DNA of 64,000 nucleotides from Brevirhabdus sp. Its GTDB lineage: Bacteria > Pseudomonadota > Alphaproteobacteria > Rhodobacterales > Rhodobacteraceae. The notes below the pieces were generated by a model. That model searched no databases, was not told where the DNA came from, and saw only the letters and a program-made list of their open reading frames with translations. Positions 40,258 through 50,435 of the stretch are shown one piece after another; the first letter of the stretch is position 1; each line of letters begins with the position of its first letter. The stretch lies in contig JAGXFH010000004.1 of NCBI GenBank assembly GCA_024637315.1, positions 21,351 through 85,350 of the forward strand. The letters are read 5' to 3'. The position numbers and the translations under genes were made by a program.

Positions 40258-40488
40258 ATGCGGGCGCTTTGGGACGGATTCCTCAGCCTGATCGCCGCAA
40301 TTCTGACGGCCGCTGTCACGCTGGTCCCGGCCTATTACGCATGGATGTCGATTGATGCCGGGTTCGCCCCTCAGTGGGTCTGGGTGAACATCTCGGGGTT
40401 GGTTTTCGTGGCCGGAGTGATGATCCTTGCCTTCCTGCGCAAGGCGCGTGGCGGTGTATCGCCGCTCCGGGACCGGCGGCGCAGATGA
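40258..40488 (+). CDS. Small 2-TM membrane protein
   Basis: ATG 3 nt after the previous stop. 76 aa with two hydrophobic helices and a basic C-terminal tail (RDRRRR). Confidence 0.5.
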   Translation: MRALWDGFLSLIAAILTAAVTLVPAYYAWMSIDAGFAPQWVWVNISGLVFVAGVMILAFLRKARGGVSPLRDRRRR

Positions 40489-40746
40489 CCGGCCCGACCG
40501 AAAGCCAGATTGCAAGGGACCGCGCCAGTGGCGTCGTGACGCTGATGCTGCGCGCCGCACAGAAGGGCCGGCGCTCACCGACACCTGCCGCCTTCCCGCT
40601 TCAATTTCCACGGACGGGCGGTGTGATGGGCGGGTTCAACCATGACCAAGGCACGGTTCCGCCTGAAACATTCGCGCACGAAACTGTTGATGGCACCCCG
40701 CCGAACACCCGTTATAACAGTGGCTTAGAGCAAGACGGCCGGACGC

Positions 40747-40887
40747 ATGCGATCCGGACCGTTCAAGCGGGGATCAACCCCGCACGATCTGAGGCGCAAC
40801 ATCGTCTTGAACCTGCTGGGCGTGAAGGGGCCGACGTTTCTGGCCTTGTTGTCAATGGCTTGCGTCGAGGCGCTGCCAGTGGAGTAA
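40747..40887 (+). CDS. Candidate 46-aa micro-ORF (below the ORF-track cutoff)
   Basis: Own translation: MRSGPFKRGSTPHDLRRNIVLNLLGVKGPTFLALLSMACVEALPVE. About 80% G/C at third positions by my count, while the overlapping longer frame (40485..40907) drops to about 35% here. Ends 4 nt before the next gene. Weak RBS. Confidence 0.3.
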   Translation: MRSGPFKRGSTPHDLRRNIVLNLLGVKGPTFLALLSMACVEALPVE

Positions 40888-40891
40888 TGCC

Positions 40892-41326
40892 ATGTTCGAT
40901 CAACTGACCCTTATCAAACGTGCTGCGATCGCCGCCATCCTCGGTGCCAGTCTTGCCGCCGGTGCGGTCGCGGCGCAAAACCCGCCGCCGCTGAACGCCG
41001 AGAAGCACATCAACGACTCGTTGATCGCCGCCGCCATCGGCGAGATGATCATCCGCAATTGCGAAACCATCTCGCCCCGCTATCTGGTGGTTTATTCCAA
41101 GGTGAAGGCGCTGGAAAATTATGCCCGGAAACTGGGATATACCGAACCAGAGGTTGAAGCTTTCCTCGAAAACAAGGATGAACAAAAGCGCGTGCGGATT
41201 GCCGCCAGAGACTACCTTGCTGAACGGGGCGCGCTGAAGGGCGACAGGGATAGCTATTGCATCGCAGGGCGCGCCGAGATTGAAACAGGTACGCTGACCG
41301 GTGAAATGATATGGTCACGCGACTAG
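40892..41326 (+). CDS. Secreted/periplasmic protein of unknown function (DUF5333-like, from memory)
   Basis: Signal peptide AAIAAILGASLAAGAVAAQ. 144 aa with two Cys. Visibly lower GC3 than the nuo genes. Confidence 0.6.
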   Translation: MFDQLTLIKRAAIAAILGASLAAGAVAAQNPPPLNAEKHINDSLIAAAIGEMIIRNCETISPRYLVVYSKVKALENYARKLGYTEPEVEAFLENKDEQKRVRIAARDYLAERGALKGDRDSYCIAGRAEIETGTLTGEMIWSRD

Positions 41327-41371
41327 AATGAACGGGGCTGGTGCGGTCCCTCGCGACAAACGGGTGAATGG

Positions 41372-43387
41372 ATGTCCAATCTGAAGAAGATCATCATCGA
41401 CGGGCAAGAGGTCGAAGTGGAGGGGGCGATGACCCTTATCCAGGCCTGCGAAGTTGCGGGCATCGAGATCCCCCGATTTTGCTATCACGAACGACTGTCG
41501 ATCGCGGGCAACTGCCGGATGTGCCTGGTCGAGATCGTCGGAGGCCCGCCCAAGCCCGCCGCATCCTGCGCGATGCAGGTGAAAGACCTGCGCCCCGGCC
41601 CGGAAGGCCAGCCGCCTGTCGTCAGGACCAACTCGCCGATGGTCAAGAAGGCCCGCGAGGGTGTGATGGAGTTCCTGCTGATCAACCATCCGCTCGACTG
41701 CCCGATCTGCGATCAGGGCGGCGAATGCGATCTGCAGGATCAGGCAATGGCTTACGGTGTGGACTTCAGCCGCTACCGCGAACCCAAACGGGCCTCCGAG
41801 GATCTTGATCTGGGGCCGCTTGTCGAAACCCACATGACCCGCTGCATCTCTTGCACACGCTGCGTGCGGTTCACCTCCGAGGTCGCGGGCGTCATGCAGA
41901 TGGGCCAGACCGGACGCGGCGAGGATGCCGAGATCACCACTTATCTGGGCGAAACCCTTAACTCGAACCTGCAAGGCAACATCATCGATCTTTGCCCGGT
42001 GGGGGCGCTGGTGTCGAAGCCCTACGCCTTCACCGCCCGCCCCTGGGAACTGACCAAGACCGAATCCATTGACGTGATGGACGCGCTTGGCAGCAACATT
42101 CGCGTCGATACCAAGGGCCGCGAGGTCATGCGCTTCCTGCCGCGCAACCATGACGGCGTGAATGAGGAATGGATCTCCGACAAGACCCGCTTTGTCTGGG
42201 ACGGGTTGCGGCGCCAGCGCCTGGATACGCCCTATATCCGCGAGAACGGCAAGCTGCGCAAAGCGGGCTGGGACGAGGCGCTGAAAGCCGCCGCCACCGC
42301 GATGGAGGGCAGGAAACTCGCCGCTCTGGTGGGCGATCTCGCCCCGACCGAGGCCGCCTTTGCGCTGAAGCAACTGATCGAAGGGCAGGGCGGCAATGTG
42401 GAATGCCGGACCGACGGCGCCAAGCTGCCGGCCGGCAACCGCTCGGCCTATGTCGGCACCGCGCGGATCGAGGATATCGACAGCGCCAGACATATCCAGT
42501 TGATCGGCACCAACCCGGCGATCGAAGCTCCGGTCCTGAACGCCCGTATCCGCAAGGCGTGGATCAACGGTGCGAATGTCGGCCTGGTGGGCGAAGCCGT
42601 CGATCTGACCTATGAATATACCCATGTCGGCACCGATCGTGCGACCCTGACGGGGCTTCTGGACCATGATTTCGGCAAGGTGCTGGAAGAACCGTCGATG
42701 GTCATCGTCGGGCAAGGCGCGCTGCAAGAGGCCGATGGCGAGGCGGTGCTGAGCCAAGCGATGAAACTGGCGGAAGCGACTAAATCCGGGCTCTTGATCC
42801 TGCACATTGCCGCCGGGCGCGTCGGCGCGATGGATGTCGGTGCCGTCACCGACGGCGGTCTGGATGCGGCGCTCGACGGGGCAGAGGTGGTCTACAACCT
42901 CGGTGCCGACGAGGTCGATATCGCTCCGGGCGCCTTCGTCATCTACCAGGGCAGCCACGGTGACCGTGGCGCGCACCGGGCCGACATCGTCCTGCCGGGC
43001 GCGGCCTATACCGAGGAGAGCGGCCTGTTCGTGAACACCGAAGGCCGCCCGCAACTGGCCCTGCGCGCCGGATTCGCGCCGGGTGAGGCGAAAGAGAACT
43101 GGGCGATCCTGCGGGCGCTGTCCGCCGAACTGGGCGCGCAACTGCCCTACGACTCGCTGGCGCAACTGCGCCAGGCGCTGGTTGCCGCCGCCCCGCATCT
43201 GGCGATGATCGATGACGTGCCGGTCAATGACTGGAGCCGCATCCCGTTACGCACACCCGGCATGGCCACATTCCGCAACGCGATCAAGGATTTCTATCTG
43301 ACGAACCCGATCGCGCGCGCCTCTGCGCTGATGGCGGAACTGTCGGCCAATTCGGCCGCACGCGTGCAGAAGATCGCGGCAGAATAA
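41372..43387 (+). CDS. nuoG: NADH-quinone oxidoreductase subunit G
   Basis: [18 protein letters not shown] (N1b), [14 protein letters not shown] and [10 protein letters not shown] cluster motifs. Confidence 0.96.
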   Translation: MSNLKKIIIDGQEVEVEGAMTLIQACEVAGIEIPRFCYHERLSIAGNCRMCLVEIVGGPPKPAASCAMQVKDLRPGPEGQPPVVRTNSPMVKKAREGVMEFLLINHPLDCPICDQGGECDLQDQAMAYGVDFSRYREPKRASEDLDLGPLVETHMTRCISCTRCVRFTSEVAGVMQMGQTGRGEDAEITTYLGETLNSNLQGNIIDLCPVGALVSKPYAFTARPWELTKTESIDVMDALGSNIRVDTKGREVMRFLPRNHDGVNEEWISDKTRFVWDGLRRQRLDTPYIRENGKLRKAGWDEALKAAATAMEGRKLAALVGDLAPTEAAFALKQLIEGQGGNVECRTDGAKLPAGNRSAYVGTARIEDIDSARHIQLIGTNPAIEAPVLNARIRKAWINGANVGLVGEAVDLTYEYTHVGTDRATLTGLLDHDFGKVLEEPSMVIVGQGALQEADGEAVLSQAMKLAEATKSGLLILHIAAGRVGAMDVGAVTDGGLDAALDGAEVVYNLGADEVDIAPGAFVIYQGSHGDRGAHRADIVLPGAAYTEESGLFVNTEGRPQLALRAGFAPGEAKENWAILRALSAELGAQLPYDSLAQLRQALVAAAPHLAMIDDVPVNDWSRIPLRTPGMATFRNAIKDFYLTNPIARASALMAELSANSAARVQKIAAE

Positions 43388-43389
43388 GA

Positions 43390-43788
43390 GTGCGGCGGTG
43401 GACACTGTTCTTGGCGTTGGCCGGGGCCGGGCTGCCCGCCTGTGTGCCCACTGCCACGCCAGATCCAGAGACGCCCTTCACGCCCACCTATCAGGGGCTC
43501 GAGACCCTGCTTCTGGACGATGATCTGGTGAATTTCCGCGTCGCCATGACCGGCGCGCGCGACGAAGAGGATGTCGCCGCCTATGCCCGCTGCGCCGCGG
43601 CGCAATATGCGCTGATCCGGGGCTACGGATTTGCGCGCCATATCCGCACAAATGTGGTGAAAGAGGGTGGCATTTGGCGCGGAGATGCGATTTACACCAT
43701 TTCGCCAGCCCTGCCAGTCGGTTTGCGCACGATCGACGCCGAAGTCACCGTGCAGAATTGCGAAGCAGAGGCCATACCGACGGTGTGA
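43390..43788 (+). CDS. Small putative lipoprotein between nuoG and nuoH
   Basis: GTG start 2 nt after the nuoG stop. [18 protein letters not shown] has an atypical lipobox (Pro at -2). 132 aa. Confidence 0.5.
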   Translation: MRRWTLFLALAGAGLPACVPTATPDPETPFTPTYQGLETLLLDDDLVNFRVAMTGARDEEDVAAYARCAAAQYALIRGYGFARHIRTNVVKEGGIWRGDAIYTISPALPVGLRTIDAEVTVQNCEAEAIPTV

Positions 43789-43801
43789 GGGACAAGAAAA
43801 C

Positions 43802-44842
43802 ATGGTCGAATTTTTCACCGAAACCAATCTGGGCATCGTCCTGTTGATTCTGGGGCAGGCGTTGTTGGTGATCGTTCCCCTTCTACTGGCCCTGGCATTT
43901 CTGATGTATGCCGATCGCAAGGTCTGGGCGGCGGTGCAGATGCGGCGCGGCCCGAACGTGGTGGGCGTCTTCGGCCTGTTGCAGTCCTTCGCCGACTTCC
44001 TGAAATACATCGTCAAGGAGGTCGTGGTGCCAGCCGGTGCCGACAAGGCGGTGTTTTTCCTCGCACCGATGATCAGCTTCGTGATGGCGGTGATCGCCTG
44101 GGTCGCGATCCCGTGGAACGAGGGCTGGGTAATTGCCGACCTCAATGTCGCGATCCTCTATATCTTCGCGATCTCGTCGCTCGAGGTTTATGGCGTGATC
44201 ATGGGCGGTTGGGCCTCGAACTCGAAATACCCTTTCCTGGGCAGCCTGCGGTCGGCGGCGCAGATGATTTCATACGAGGTGTCGATCGGCCTGATCATTG
44301 TCGGCGTGATCATCTCGACCGGCAGCATGAATTTCGGCGATATCGTCAATGCGCAGAAGGGCGATTGGGGCCTGTTCAACTGGTACTGGCTGCCGCATTT
44401 CCCGATGCTGTTCCTGTTTTTCATTTCGGCGCTGGCCGAAACCAACCGCCCACCCTTCGACCTGCCGGAAGCCGAATCCGAACTCGTCGCGGGATACCAG
44501 GTGGAATATTCCTCGACGCCTTTCCTACTGTTCATGATTGGCGAACTGATGGCCGTTGTGCTGATGTGTGCGCTGGTGACGCTGCTGTTCCTGGGCGGCT
44601 GGCTCTCACCCATTCCGGGTCTGCCGGACGGCATCCTGTGGATGACGCTGAAAATGGCGGCCGTGTTCTTCATCTTCGCGATGGTCAAGGCGATCACGCC
44701 GCGCTACCGCTACGACCAGCTTATGCGGATCGGCTGGAAGGTGTTCCTGCCGCTGTCGCTGGCCTGGGTGGTGATCGTGGCCTTCTTCGCACAATATGGC
44801 GCTTTCGGCGGGGCCTATGCCCGCTGGACCGTGGGAGGATAA
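43802..44842 (+). CDS. nuoH: NADH-quinone oxidoreductase subunit H
   Basis: Inner ATG 43802. [20 protein letters not shown] and [20 protein letters not shown] motifs. Confidence 0.95.
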   Translation: MVEFFTETNLGIVLLILGQALLVIVPLLLALAFLMYADRKVWAAVQMRRGPNVVGVFGLLQSFADFLKYIVKEVVVPAGADKAVFFLAPMISFVMAVIAWVAIPWNEGWVIADLNVAILYIFAISSLEVYGVIMGGWASNSKYPFLGSLRSAAQMISYEVSIGLIIVGVIISTGSMNFGDIVNAQKGDWGLFNWYWLPHFPMLFLFFISALAETNRPPFDLPEAESELVAGYQVEYSSTPFLLFMIGELMAVVLMCALVTLLFLGGWLSPIPGLPDGILWMTLKMAAVFFIFAMVKAITPRYRYDQLMRIGWKVFLPLSLAWVVIVAFFAQYGAFGGAYARWTVGG

Positions 44843-44845
44843 GAC

Positions 44846-45340
44846 ATGACGCAGATCGACTATACCCGCGCCGCGAAATACTTCCTGCTTTGGGACTTCG
44901 CCAAGGGGTTCGGGCTTGGGATGAAGTATTTCTTTGCGCCGAAGCCGACGCTGAATTACCCGCATGAAAAGGGCCCGCTGTCGCCCCGCTTCCGCGGCGA
45001 GCATGCCTTGCGCCGCTATCCCAACGGCGAGGAGCGCTGCATTGCCTGCAAGCTCTGCGAAGCGATCTGCCCGGCGCAGGCGATCACCATCGACGCCGAA
45101 GCGCGGGAGGACGGGTCACGCCGCACCACCCGCTACGACATCGACATGACGAAATGCATCTATTGCGGGTTCTGCGAGGAAGCCTGTCCAGTCGATGCCA
45201 TCGTCGAGGGTCCGAATTTTGAGTTCGCCACCGAGACGCGCGAAGAGCTGTTCTACACCAAGGAGAAATTGCTGGAAAACGGCGACCGCTGGGAGGCCGA
45301 GATCGCCCGCAACCTCGAAATGGATGCGCCCTACAGATGA
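44846..45340 (+). CDS. nuoI: NADH-quinone oxidoreductase subunit I
   Basis: Two 4Fe-4S ferredoxin motifs, [12 protein letters not shown] and [12 protein letters not shown]. Confidence 0.96.
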   Translation: MTQIDYTRAAKYFLLWDFAKGFGLGMKYFFAPKPTLNYPHEKGPLSPRFRGEHALRRYPNGEERCIACKLCEAICPAQAITIDAEAREDGSRRTTRYDIDMTKCIYCGFCEEACPVDAIVEGPNFEFATETREELFYTKEKLLENGDRWEAEIARNLEMDAPYR

Positions 45341-45744
45341 CCGATTACAGCAAGATGTTCGAGCAGATGATGGAGCAGAGCCAGCAGATGCTGCGCGCCT
45401 TCAATCCGGCGCTTGAGAATTTCAAGGCCAGCGGGTTCGAGAAGATGATGCCGACCATGCCCAAGGATTTCATGGAGATGGTCTGGGGCAACGCGTTCAA
45501 CAAGGACGGGCTGGACGCCAAGACCAGGCTTCTGGCGATGATCGCGGGGATGACGGCGCAGGGTGTGCCGGCAGAACCGATGTTCAAGACCACCGTGCGT
45601 CACGCGCTGCAGGCGGGCGCTACCGCCAAGGAAGTGGGCGAGGTCATCTACCAGATGTCGATGCTGGGCGGCCTGCCCGCGATGACCCGTGCACTGGGGT
45701 TTGCGCAGGAAATATTTAGCGAGAACGAGGAGGGGGAAGAATGA
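45337..45744 (+). CDS. Carboxymuconolactone decarboxylase (AhpD-like) family protein between nuoI and nuoJ
   Basis: ATGA overlaps at both ends. The segment [15 protein letters not shown]........H...A...GAT..E..E.I.Q...Y.G.P resembles the CMD/AhpD-like core. I see no CxxC motif. Confidence 0.6.
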   Translation: MTDYSKMFEQMMEQSQQMLRAFNPALENFKASGFEKMMPTMPKDFMEMVWGNAFNKDGLDAKTRLLAMIAGMTAQGVPAEPMFKTTVRHALQAGATAKEVGEVIYQMSMLGGLPAMTRALGFAQEIFSENEEGEE

Positions 45745-46355
45745 CGGTTTTCGACTTCATATTCTACTTGTTCGCCATCACGGTAGTCACCGCAGGCCTG
45801 CTGACCGTGGTCTCGAAAAACCCGGTTCACTCGGTGCTATGGCTGATCCTCGCCTTCCTGTCCTCGGCGGGTCTCTTCGTGCTTCTGGGCGCGGAATTCG
45901 TGGCAATGCTGCTGATCATTGTCTACGTCGGCGCGGTCGCGGTGCTGTTCCTGTTCGTCGTCATGATGCTTGACGTCGATTTCGCGGAATTGAAGGGCGA
46001 AATGGCGAAATACATGCCGCTGGCGCTACTGATGGGGGTGATCATCCTGATGCAGTTGGCGCTTGCCTTCGGGGTCTGGGAACAGTCTGACAAGGCTGCA
46101 GGACTGCGCGCCGCGGTGACGCCGGACATCACCGAAACGCATAATACTGCCGCGCTGGGGATGTTGATCTACGACGATTACATCCTGCCATTCCAGCTGG
46201 CGGGCCTGATCCTGCTGGTCGCCATGATCGGCGCCATCGTGCTGACGCTGCGCCACCGCACCGACATCAAGCGCCAGGACATCCTTGCACAGATGTACCG
46301 CGACCCGGCGAAAGCGATGGAGCTGAAGGACGTGAAACCGGGGCAGGGGCTGTGA
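45741..46355 (+). CDS. nuoJ: NADH-quinone oxidoreductase subunit J
   Basis: ND6-like. [40 protein letters not shown] motif region. Confidence 0.93.
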   Translation: MTVFDFIFYLFAITVVTAGLLTVVSKNPVHSVLWLILAFLSSAGLFVLLGAEFVAMLLIIVYVGAVAVLFLFVVMMLDVDFAELKGEMAKYMPLALLMGVIILMQLALAFGVWEQSDKAAGLRAAVTPDITETHNTAALGMLIYDDYILPFQLAGLILLVAMIGAIVLTLRHRTDIKRQDILAQMYRDPAKAMELKDVKPGQGL

Positions 46356-46468
46356 CCAGCCTCGCCCCACTGCTGCCGCTGGCGATGCTGGTCTCGCTCT
46401 CAGTTATTGCCATCCGCCGCCGGCGGGAAAAGAAGAAAAGATTTGAGGGACAGAATGGTCGGACTTGA
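46352..46468 (+). CDS. Candidate 38-aa single-TM micro-ORF between nuoJ and nuoK (below the ORF-track cutoff)
   Basis: Own translation from a GTG overlapping the nuoJ TGA (GTGA): [39 protein letters not shown] 20-residue hydrophobic helix is followed by a strongly basic tail. G/C-ending codons dominate the first 25 codons. It fills the otherwise empty 99-nt nuoJ-nuoK gap. Confidence 0.35.
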   Translation: MTSLAPLLPLAMLVSLSVIAIRRRREKKKRFEGQNGRT

Positions 46469-46760
46469 ACATTACCTGGCAGTGGCGGCGGTGTTATTCG
46501 TCATCGGCATCTTCGGGCTATTCCTGAACCGCAAAAACGTCATCATCATCCTGATGTCGATCGAGCTGATGCTGCTGGCCGTCAACATCAACTTCGTCGC
46601 GTTCTCCTCCTATCTCGGCGATCTGGTGGGGCAGGTCTTCGCCATGTTCGTGCTGACCGTCGCCGCCGCCGAGGCCGCGATCGGCCTCGCGATCCTTGTC
46701 TGTTTCTTCCGCAACCGCGGCACCATCGACGTCGAAGACGTCAATGTGATGAAGGGCTGA
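46455..46760 (+). CDS. nuoK: NADH-quinone oxidoreductase subunit K
   Basis: Inner ATG 46455 after [23 protein letters not shown] and [13 protein letters not shown] motifs. 101 aa. Confidence 0.95.
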   Translation: MVGLEHYLAVAAVLFVIGIFGLFLNRKNVIIILMSIELMLLAVNINFVAFSSYLGDLVGQVFAMFVLTVAAAEAAIGLAILVCFFRNRGTIDVEDVNVMKG

Positions 46761-46764
46761 GCGA

Positions 46765-48885
46765 ATGGAAACCATCATCCTCTTTGCCCCGCTTCTTGGC
46801 GCGCTCATCGCAGGCTTTGGCTGGCGGATTATCGGCGATGCCGCCGCGCAATGGCTGACCACCGGCCTGTTGCTGCTGACCGCGCTGCTTTCGTGGATCG
46901 TCTTCCTCCGCTTCGACGGCACAACCGAGCACATCCAGATCATGCGCTGGATCGAAAGCGGTTCTCTGTCCACCGACTGGGCGATCCGCATGGATCGGCT
47001 GACCGCGATCATGCTGGTCGTGGTCACCACCGTGTCCAGCCTAGTCCACCTTTATTCCGTCGGCTACATGGCGCATGACGAGAATTTCAACGAAAACGAA
47101 AGCTATCGCCCGCGCTTCTTTGCCTACCTCTCGTTCTTCACCTTCGCGATGCTGATGCTGGTGACCGCCGACAACCTGGTACAGATGTTCTTCGGCTGGG
47201 AAGGCGTCGGCGTGGCCTCTTACCTGCTGATCGGTTTCTATTACAAAAAGCCGTCTGCCAATGCCGCCGCGATCAAGGCTTTCGTGGTCAACCGCGTAGG
47301 CGATTTCGGCTTTGCACTTGGCATCATGGGCCTCTTCTTGCTGGTCGACAGCGTAAAGATGGACGACATCTTTGCCGCCGCACCGGAACTGGCGGAAACC
47401 CAGCTTCACTTCCTCTGGACCGAGTGGAATGCGGCCAACCTTCTGGCCTTCCTGCTGTTCATCGGCGCAATGGGCAAGTCGGCACAATTGTTCCTGCACA
47501 CCTGGCTGCCGGACGCAATGGAAGGCCCGACGCCTGTCTCCGCGCTGATCCATGCCGCGACGATGGTGACGGCGGGCGTGTTCCTCGTCTGCCGGATGTC
47601 GCCGCTGTTCGAATATGCGCCAGAGGCCAAGATGTTCGTGATCTATATCGGCGCGTCGACGGCGTTCTTCGCCGCCACGGTCGGTCTCGTGCAGAACGAC
47701 ATCAAGCGCGTCATCGCCTATTCGACCTGTTCGCAGCTTGGCTACATGTTCGTGGCAGCGGGCGCCGGCGTCTACGGCGTCGCGATGTTCCACCTTTTCA
47801 CTCACGCCTTCTTCAAGGCGATGCTGTTTCTCGGCGCGGGGTCCGTGATCACCGCGATGCACCACGAACAGGACATGCGGAACTATGGCGGGCTGCGCAA
47901 GAAGGTGCCCTACACCTTCTGGGCGATGATGATCGGCACGCTGGCGATTACCGGCGTCGGCATCCCATTGACCCATATAGGCTTTGCCGGCTTCCTGTCG
48001 AAAGACGCGGTGATAGAAAGCGCCTATGCCTCGGGGGTCGACTATGCCTTCTGGCTTCTGGTCGTGGCCGCGCTCTTCACCAGCTTCTATTCCTGGCGGC
48101 TAATGTTCATGACCTTCTTTGGAAAACCACGCGGCGATAAGCACGCCCATGAGCATGCCCATGAAAGTCCCTGGACAATGCTGGTGCCGCTTGGCGTTCT
48201 GGCGGTTGGCGCGGTCTTCTCCGGCATGGTCTGGTACAGTTCGTTCTTCGGCGATCATGAAGAGGTCAACCGCTTCTTCGGCATCCCGACACATGCCGAG
48301 GCTGAAGCGGGTGAAGATGCCGCGGAAGGCGCCGCGACCGGAGCCGCCGTCGCCGATGGCCCGGCGATGGCAGAGGCCGAAGACGGCGCGGATGCCGCCG
48401 CGGCCGTCGACACCCATGCCACGGGACTTGCCCCCGAAGGTGCGATCTTCATGGCGCCGGACAATCACGTCATGGACGACGCCCACCATGCCCCGACCTG
48501 GGTCAAGGTCTCGCCTTTCGTGGCGATGCTGATCGGCCTCTTCACGGCGTGGATGTTCTACATCCGCCGCCCGGAGTTGCCCGGCAAGTTGGCCGCTCAA
48601 CAGCGTCCACTGTACGAATTCTTGCTCAACAAGTGGTATTTCGACGAGATCTACGACGCGATTTTCGTCCGCCCCACAAAGCGCCTGGGCCATTTCCTGT
48701 GGAAGCGCGGCGATGGCGGCACGATTGACGGCTTTCTCAATGGCGTCGCGCTTGGCATCGTGCCGTTCTTCACCCGGCTCGCGGGCCGCGCGCAATCCGG
48801 CTACCTGTTCCACTATGCCTTCGCGATGGTGCTGGGGATCCTCATCCTGATCACCTGGATGGTGCTCGGCGGAGGAGCCAACTGA
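46765..48885 (+). CDS. nuoL: NADH-quinone oxidoreductase subunit L
   Basis: ND5-like antiporter subunit ([40 protein letters not shown]). Contains an Ala/Glu/Asp-rich low-complexity insert at about 48293-48420. Confidence 0.95.
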   Translation: METIILFAPLLGALIAGFGWRIIGDAAAQWLTTGLLLLTALLSWIVFLRFDGTTEHIQIMRWIESGSLSTDWAIRMDRLTAIMLVVVTTVSSLVHLYSVGYMAHDENFNENESYRPRFFAYLSFFTFAMLMLVTADNLVQMFFGWEGVGVASYLLIGFYYKKPSANAAAIKAFVVNRVGDFGFALGIMGLFLLVDSVKMDDIFAAAPELAETQLHFLWTEWNAANLLAFLLFIGAMGKSAQLFLHTWLPDAMEGPTPVSALIHAATMVTAGVFLVCRMSPLFEYAPEAKMFVIYIGASTAFFAATVGLVQNDIKRVIAYSTCSQLGYMFVAAGAGVYGVAMFHLFTHAFFKAMLFLGAGSVITAMHHEQDMRNYGGLRKKVPYTFWAMMIGTLAITGVGIPLTHIGFAGFLSKDAVIESAYASGVDYAFWLLVVAALFTSFYSWRLMFMTFFGKPRGDKHAHEHAHESPWTMLVPLGVLAVGAVFSGMVWYSSFFGDHEEVNRFFGIPTHAEAEAGEDAAEGAATGAAVADGPAMAEAEDGADAAAAVDTHATGLAPEGAIFMAPDNHVMDDAHHAPTWVKVSPFVAMLIGLFTAWMFYIRRPELPGKLAAQQRPLYEFLLNKWYFDEIYDAIFVRPTKRLGHFLWKRGDGGTIDGFLNGVALGIVPFFTRLAGRAQSGYLFHYAFAMVLGILILITWMVLGGGAN

Positions 48886-50423
48886 TGGACAACCTTCTTT
48901 CGATCATCACCTTCATGCCGATGGTGGCCGCCCTCATTCTGGGGTTCTTCTTGCGTGGAGACGATCCGGCGGCGCAGGCCAACGCAAAATGGCTGGCTCT
49001 GATCGCGACCACGGCGACATTCCTCGTCTCGCTCTTCGTCCTGTTCGGCTTCGAGCCGTCGAATACCGATTTCCAGTTCGTCGAGGAACGCGACTGGCTG
49101 ATCGGCCTGAAATACAAGATGGGTGTCGACGGCATCAGCGTGCTCTTCGTGATGCTGACGACCTTCCTGATGCCAATCACCATCGCGGCATGCTGGAACG
49201 TGGAAACCCGCGTCAAGGAATACATGATCGCGTTCCTGATGCTGGAAACGCTGATGCTCGGTGTCTTCATGGCGCTTGATCTCGTGCTCTTCTACCTTTT
49301 CTTCGAGGGGGGCCTCATTCCGATGTTCCTGATCATCGGGATCTGGGGCGGCAAGGACCGGATCTACGCCGCGTTCAAGTTCTTCCTCTACACTTTCCTT
49401 GGTTCGGTGCTGATGCTGGTGGCGATGATCGCGATGTTCGTCAACGCCGGCTCCACCGATATCCCGACGCTGTTGGCGCACACGTTCGCGTCGGAAACCT
49501 TCCCGGTCATGGGCTTCCAGATCGTCGGCGGAGTCCAGACGCTTCTGTTCCTGGCCTTCTTCGCCTCGTTCGCGGTGAAAATGCCGATGTGGCCAGTCCA
49601 TACCTGGCTGCCGGATGCGCACGTTCAGGCCCCCACGGCGGGTTCGGTCGTGCTGGCCGCTATCCTGCTAAAGATGGGCGGCTACGGCTTTCTGCGCTTC
49701 TCGCTGCCGATGTTCCCGGTTGCCTCGGATATCTGGGCGCCGTTGGTGCTGTGGCTTTCGGCCATCGCCATTGTCTATACCAGCCTCGTGGCGCTGGCGC
49801 AGAAGGACATGAAGAAGCTGATTGCATATTCGTCCGTGGCGCATATGGGCTATGTCACCGCTGGCATCTTCGCGGCGAACCAGCAGGGTATCGACGGCGC
49901 GATCTTCCAGATGCTCAGCCACGGCTTCATCTCTGGCGCGCTGTTTCTGTGCGTCGGCGTGATCTACGACAGGATGCATACCCGCGACATCGACGCCTAC
50001 GGCGGACTGGTGAATCGGATGCCGGCCTATGCGCTGATCTTCATGCTGTTCACCATGGCAAATGTCGGCCTGCCGGGTACGTCAGGCTTCATTGGTGAAT
50101 TTCTGACGCTTCTGGGTATCTTCCAAGCCAATACCTGGGTTGCGCTTTTCGCCACCAGCGGCGTGATCCTCAGTGCCGCTTACGCGCTCTGGCTCTATCG
50201 CAGAGTGGTGCTGGGCGATCTCATCAAGGAAAGCCTGAAGTCGATCTCCGACATGACCGGCCGCGAACGTGCGATCTTCGCGCCGCTGGTCGTCATGACC
50301 ATCCTGCTCGGCATCTACCCGGCGCTTGTGACCGATATCATCGGCCCGAGTGTCACCGCGCTGATCACTGATTACAACGCCGCGCTGCCTGTCGATCAGG
50401 TTGCCGCAGTCGCATCGAACTAA
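48885..50423 (+). CDS. nuoM: NADH-quinone oxidoreductase subunit M
   Basis: ND4-like. [29 protein letters not shown]. The ATG overlaps the nuoL TGA by 1 nt. Confidence 0.95.
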   Translation: MDNLLSIITFMPMVAALILGFFLRGDDPAAQANAKWLALIATTATFLVSLFVLFGFEPSNTDFQFVEERDWLIGLKYKMGVDGISVLFVMLTTFLMPITIAACWNVETRVKEYMIAFLMLETLMLGVFMALDLVLFYLFFEGGLIPMFLIIGIWGGKDRIYAAFKFFLYTFLGSVLMLVAMIAMFVNAGSTDIPTLLAHTFASETFPVMGFQIVGGVQTLLFLAFFASFAVKMPMWPVHTWLPDAHVQAPTAGSVVLAAILLKMGGYGFLRFSLPMFPVASDIWAPLVLWLSAIAIVYTSLVALAQKDMKKLIAYSSVAHMGYVTAGIFAANQQGIDGAIFQMLSHGFISGALFLCVGVIYDRMHTRDIDAYGGLVNRMPAYALIFMLFTMANVGLPGTSGFIGEFLTLLGIFQANTWVALFATSGVILSAAYALWLYRRVVLGDLIKESLKSISDMTGRERAIFAPLVVMTILLGIYPALVTDIIGPSVTALITDYNAALPVDQVAAVASN

Positions 50424-50435
50424 GGAACGACGAAG

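Noticed and set aside
40374-40907. 177-aa track ORF spanning the nuo internal gap
   Set aside because: Its first 37 codons overlap the preceding 2-TM gene and its last ~50 codons have poor GC3. Only the ATGA-coupled inner part (from 40485) and the alternative-frame micro-ORF are kept, as hypotheses.
45709-45735. GAAATATTTAGCGAGAACGAGGAGG, resembling the tail of the recurring intergenic element
   Set aside because: It lies inside the CMD-like coding sequence ([12 protein letters not shown]) and provides the nuoJ RBS. It has no preceding GC hairpin, so the match is probably coincidental. The same applies to GGATATTTCACC at about 14108.
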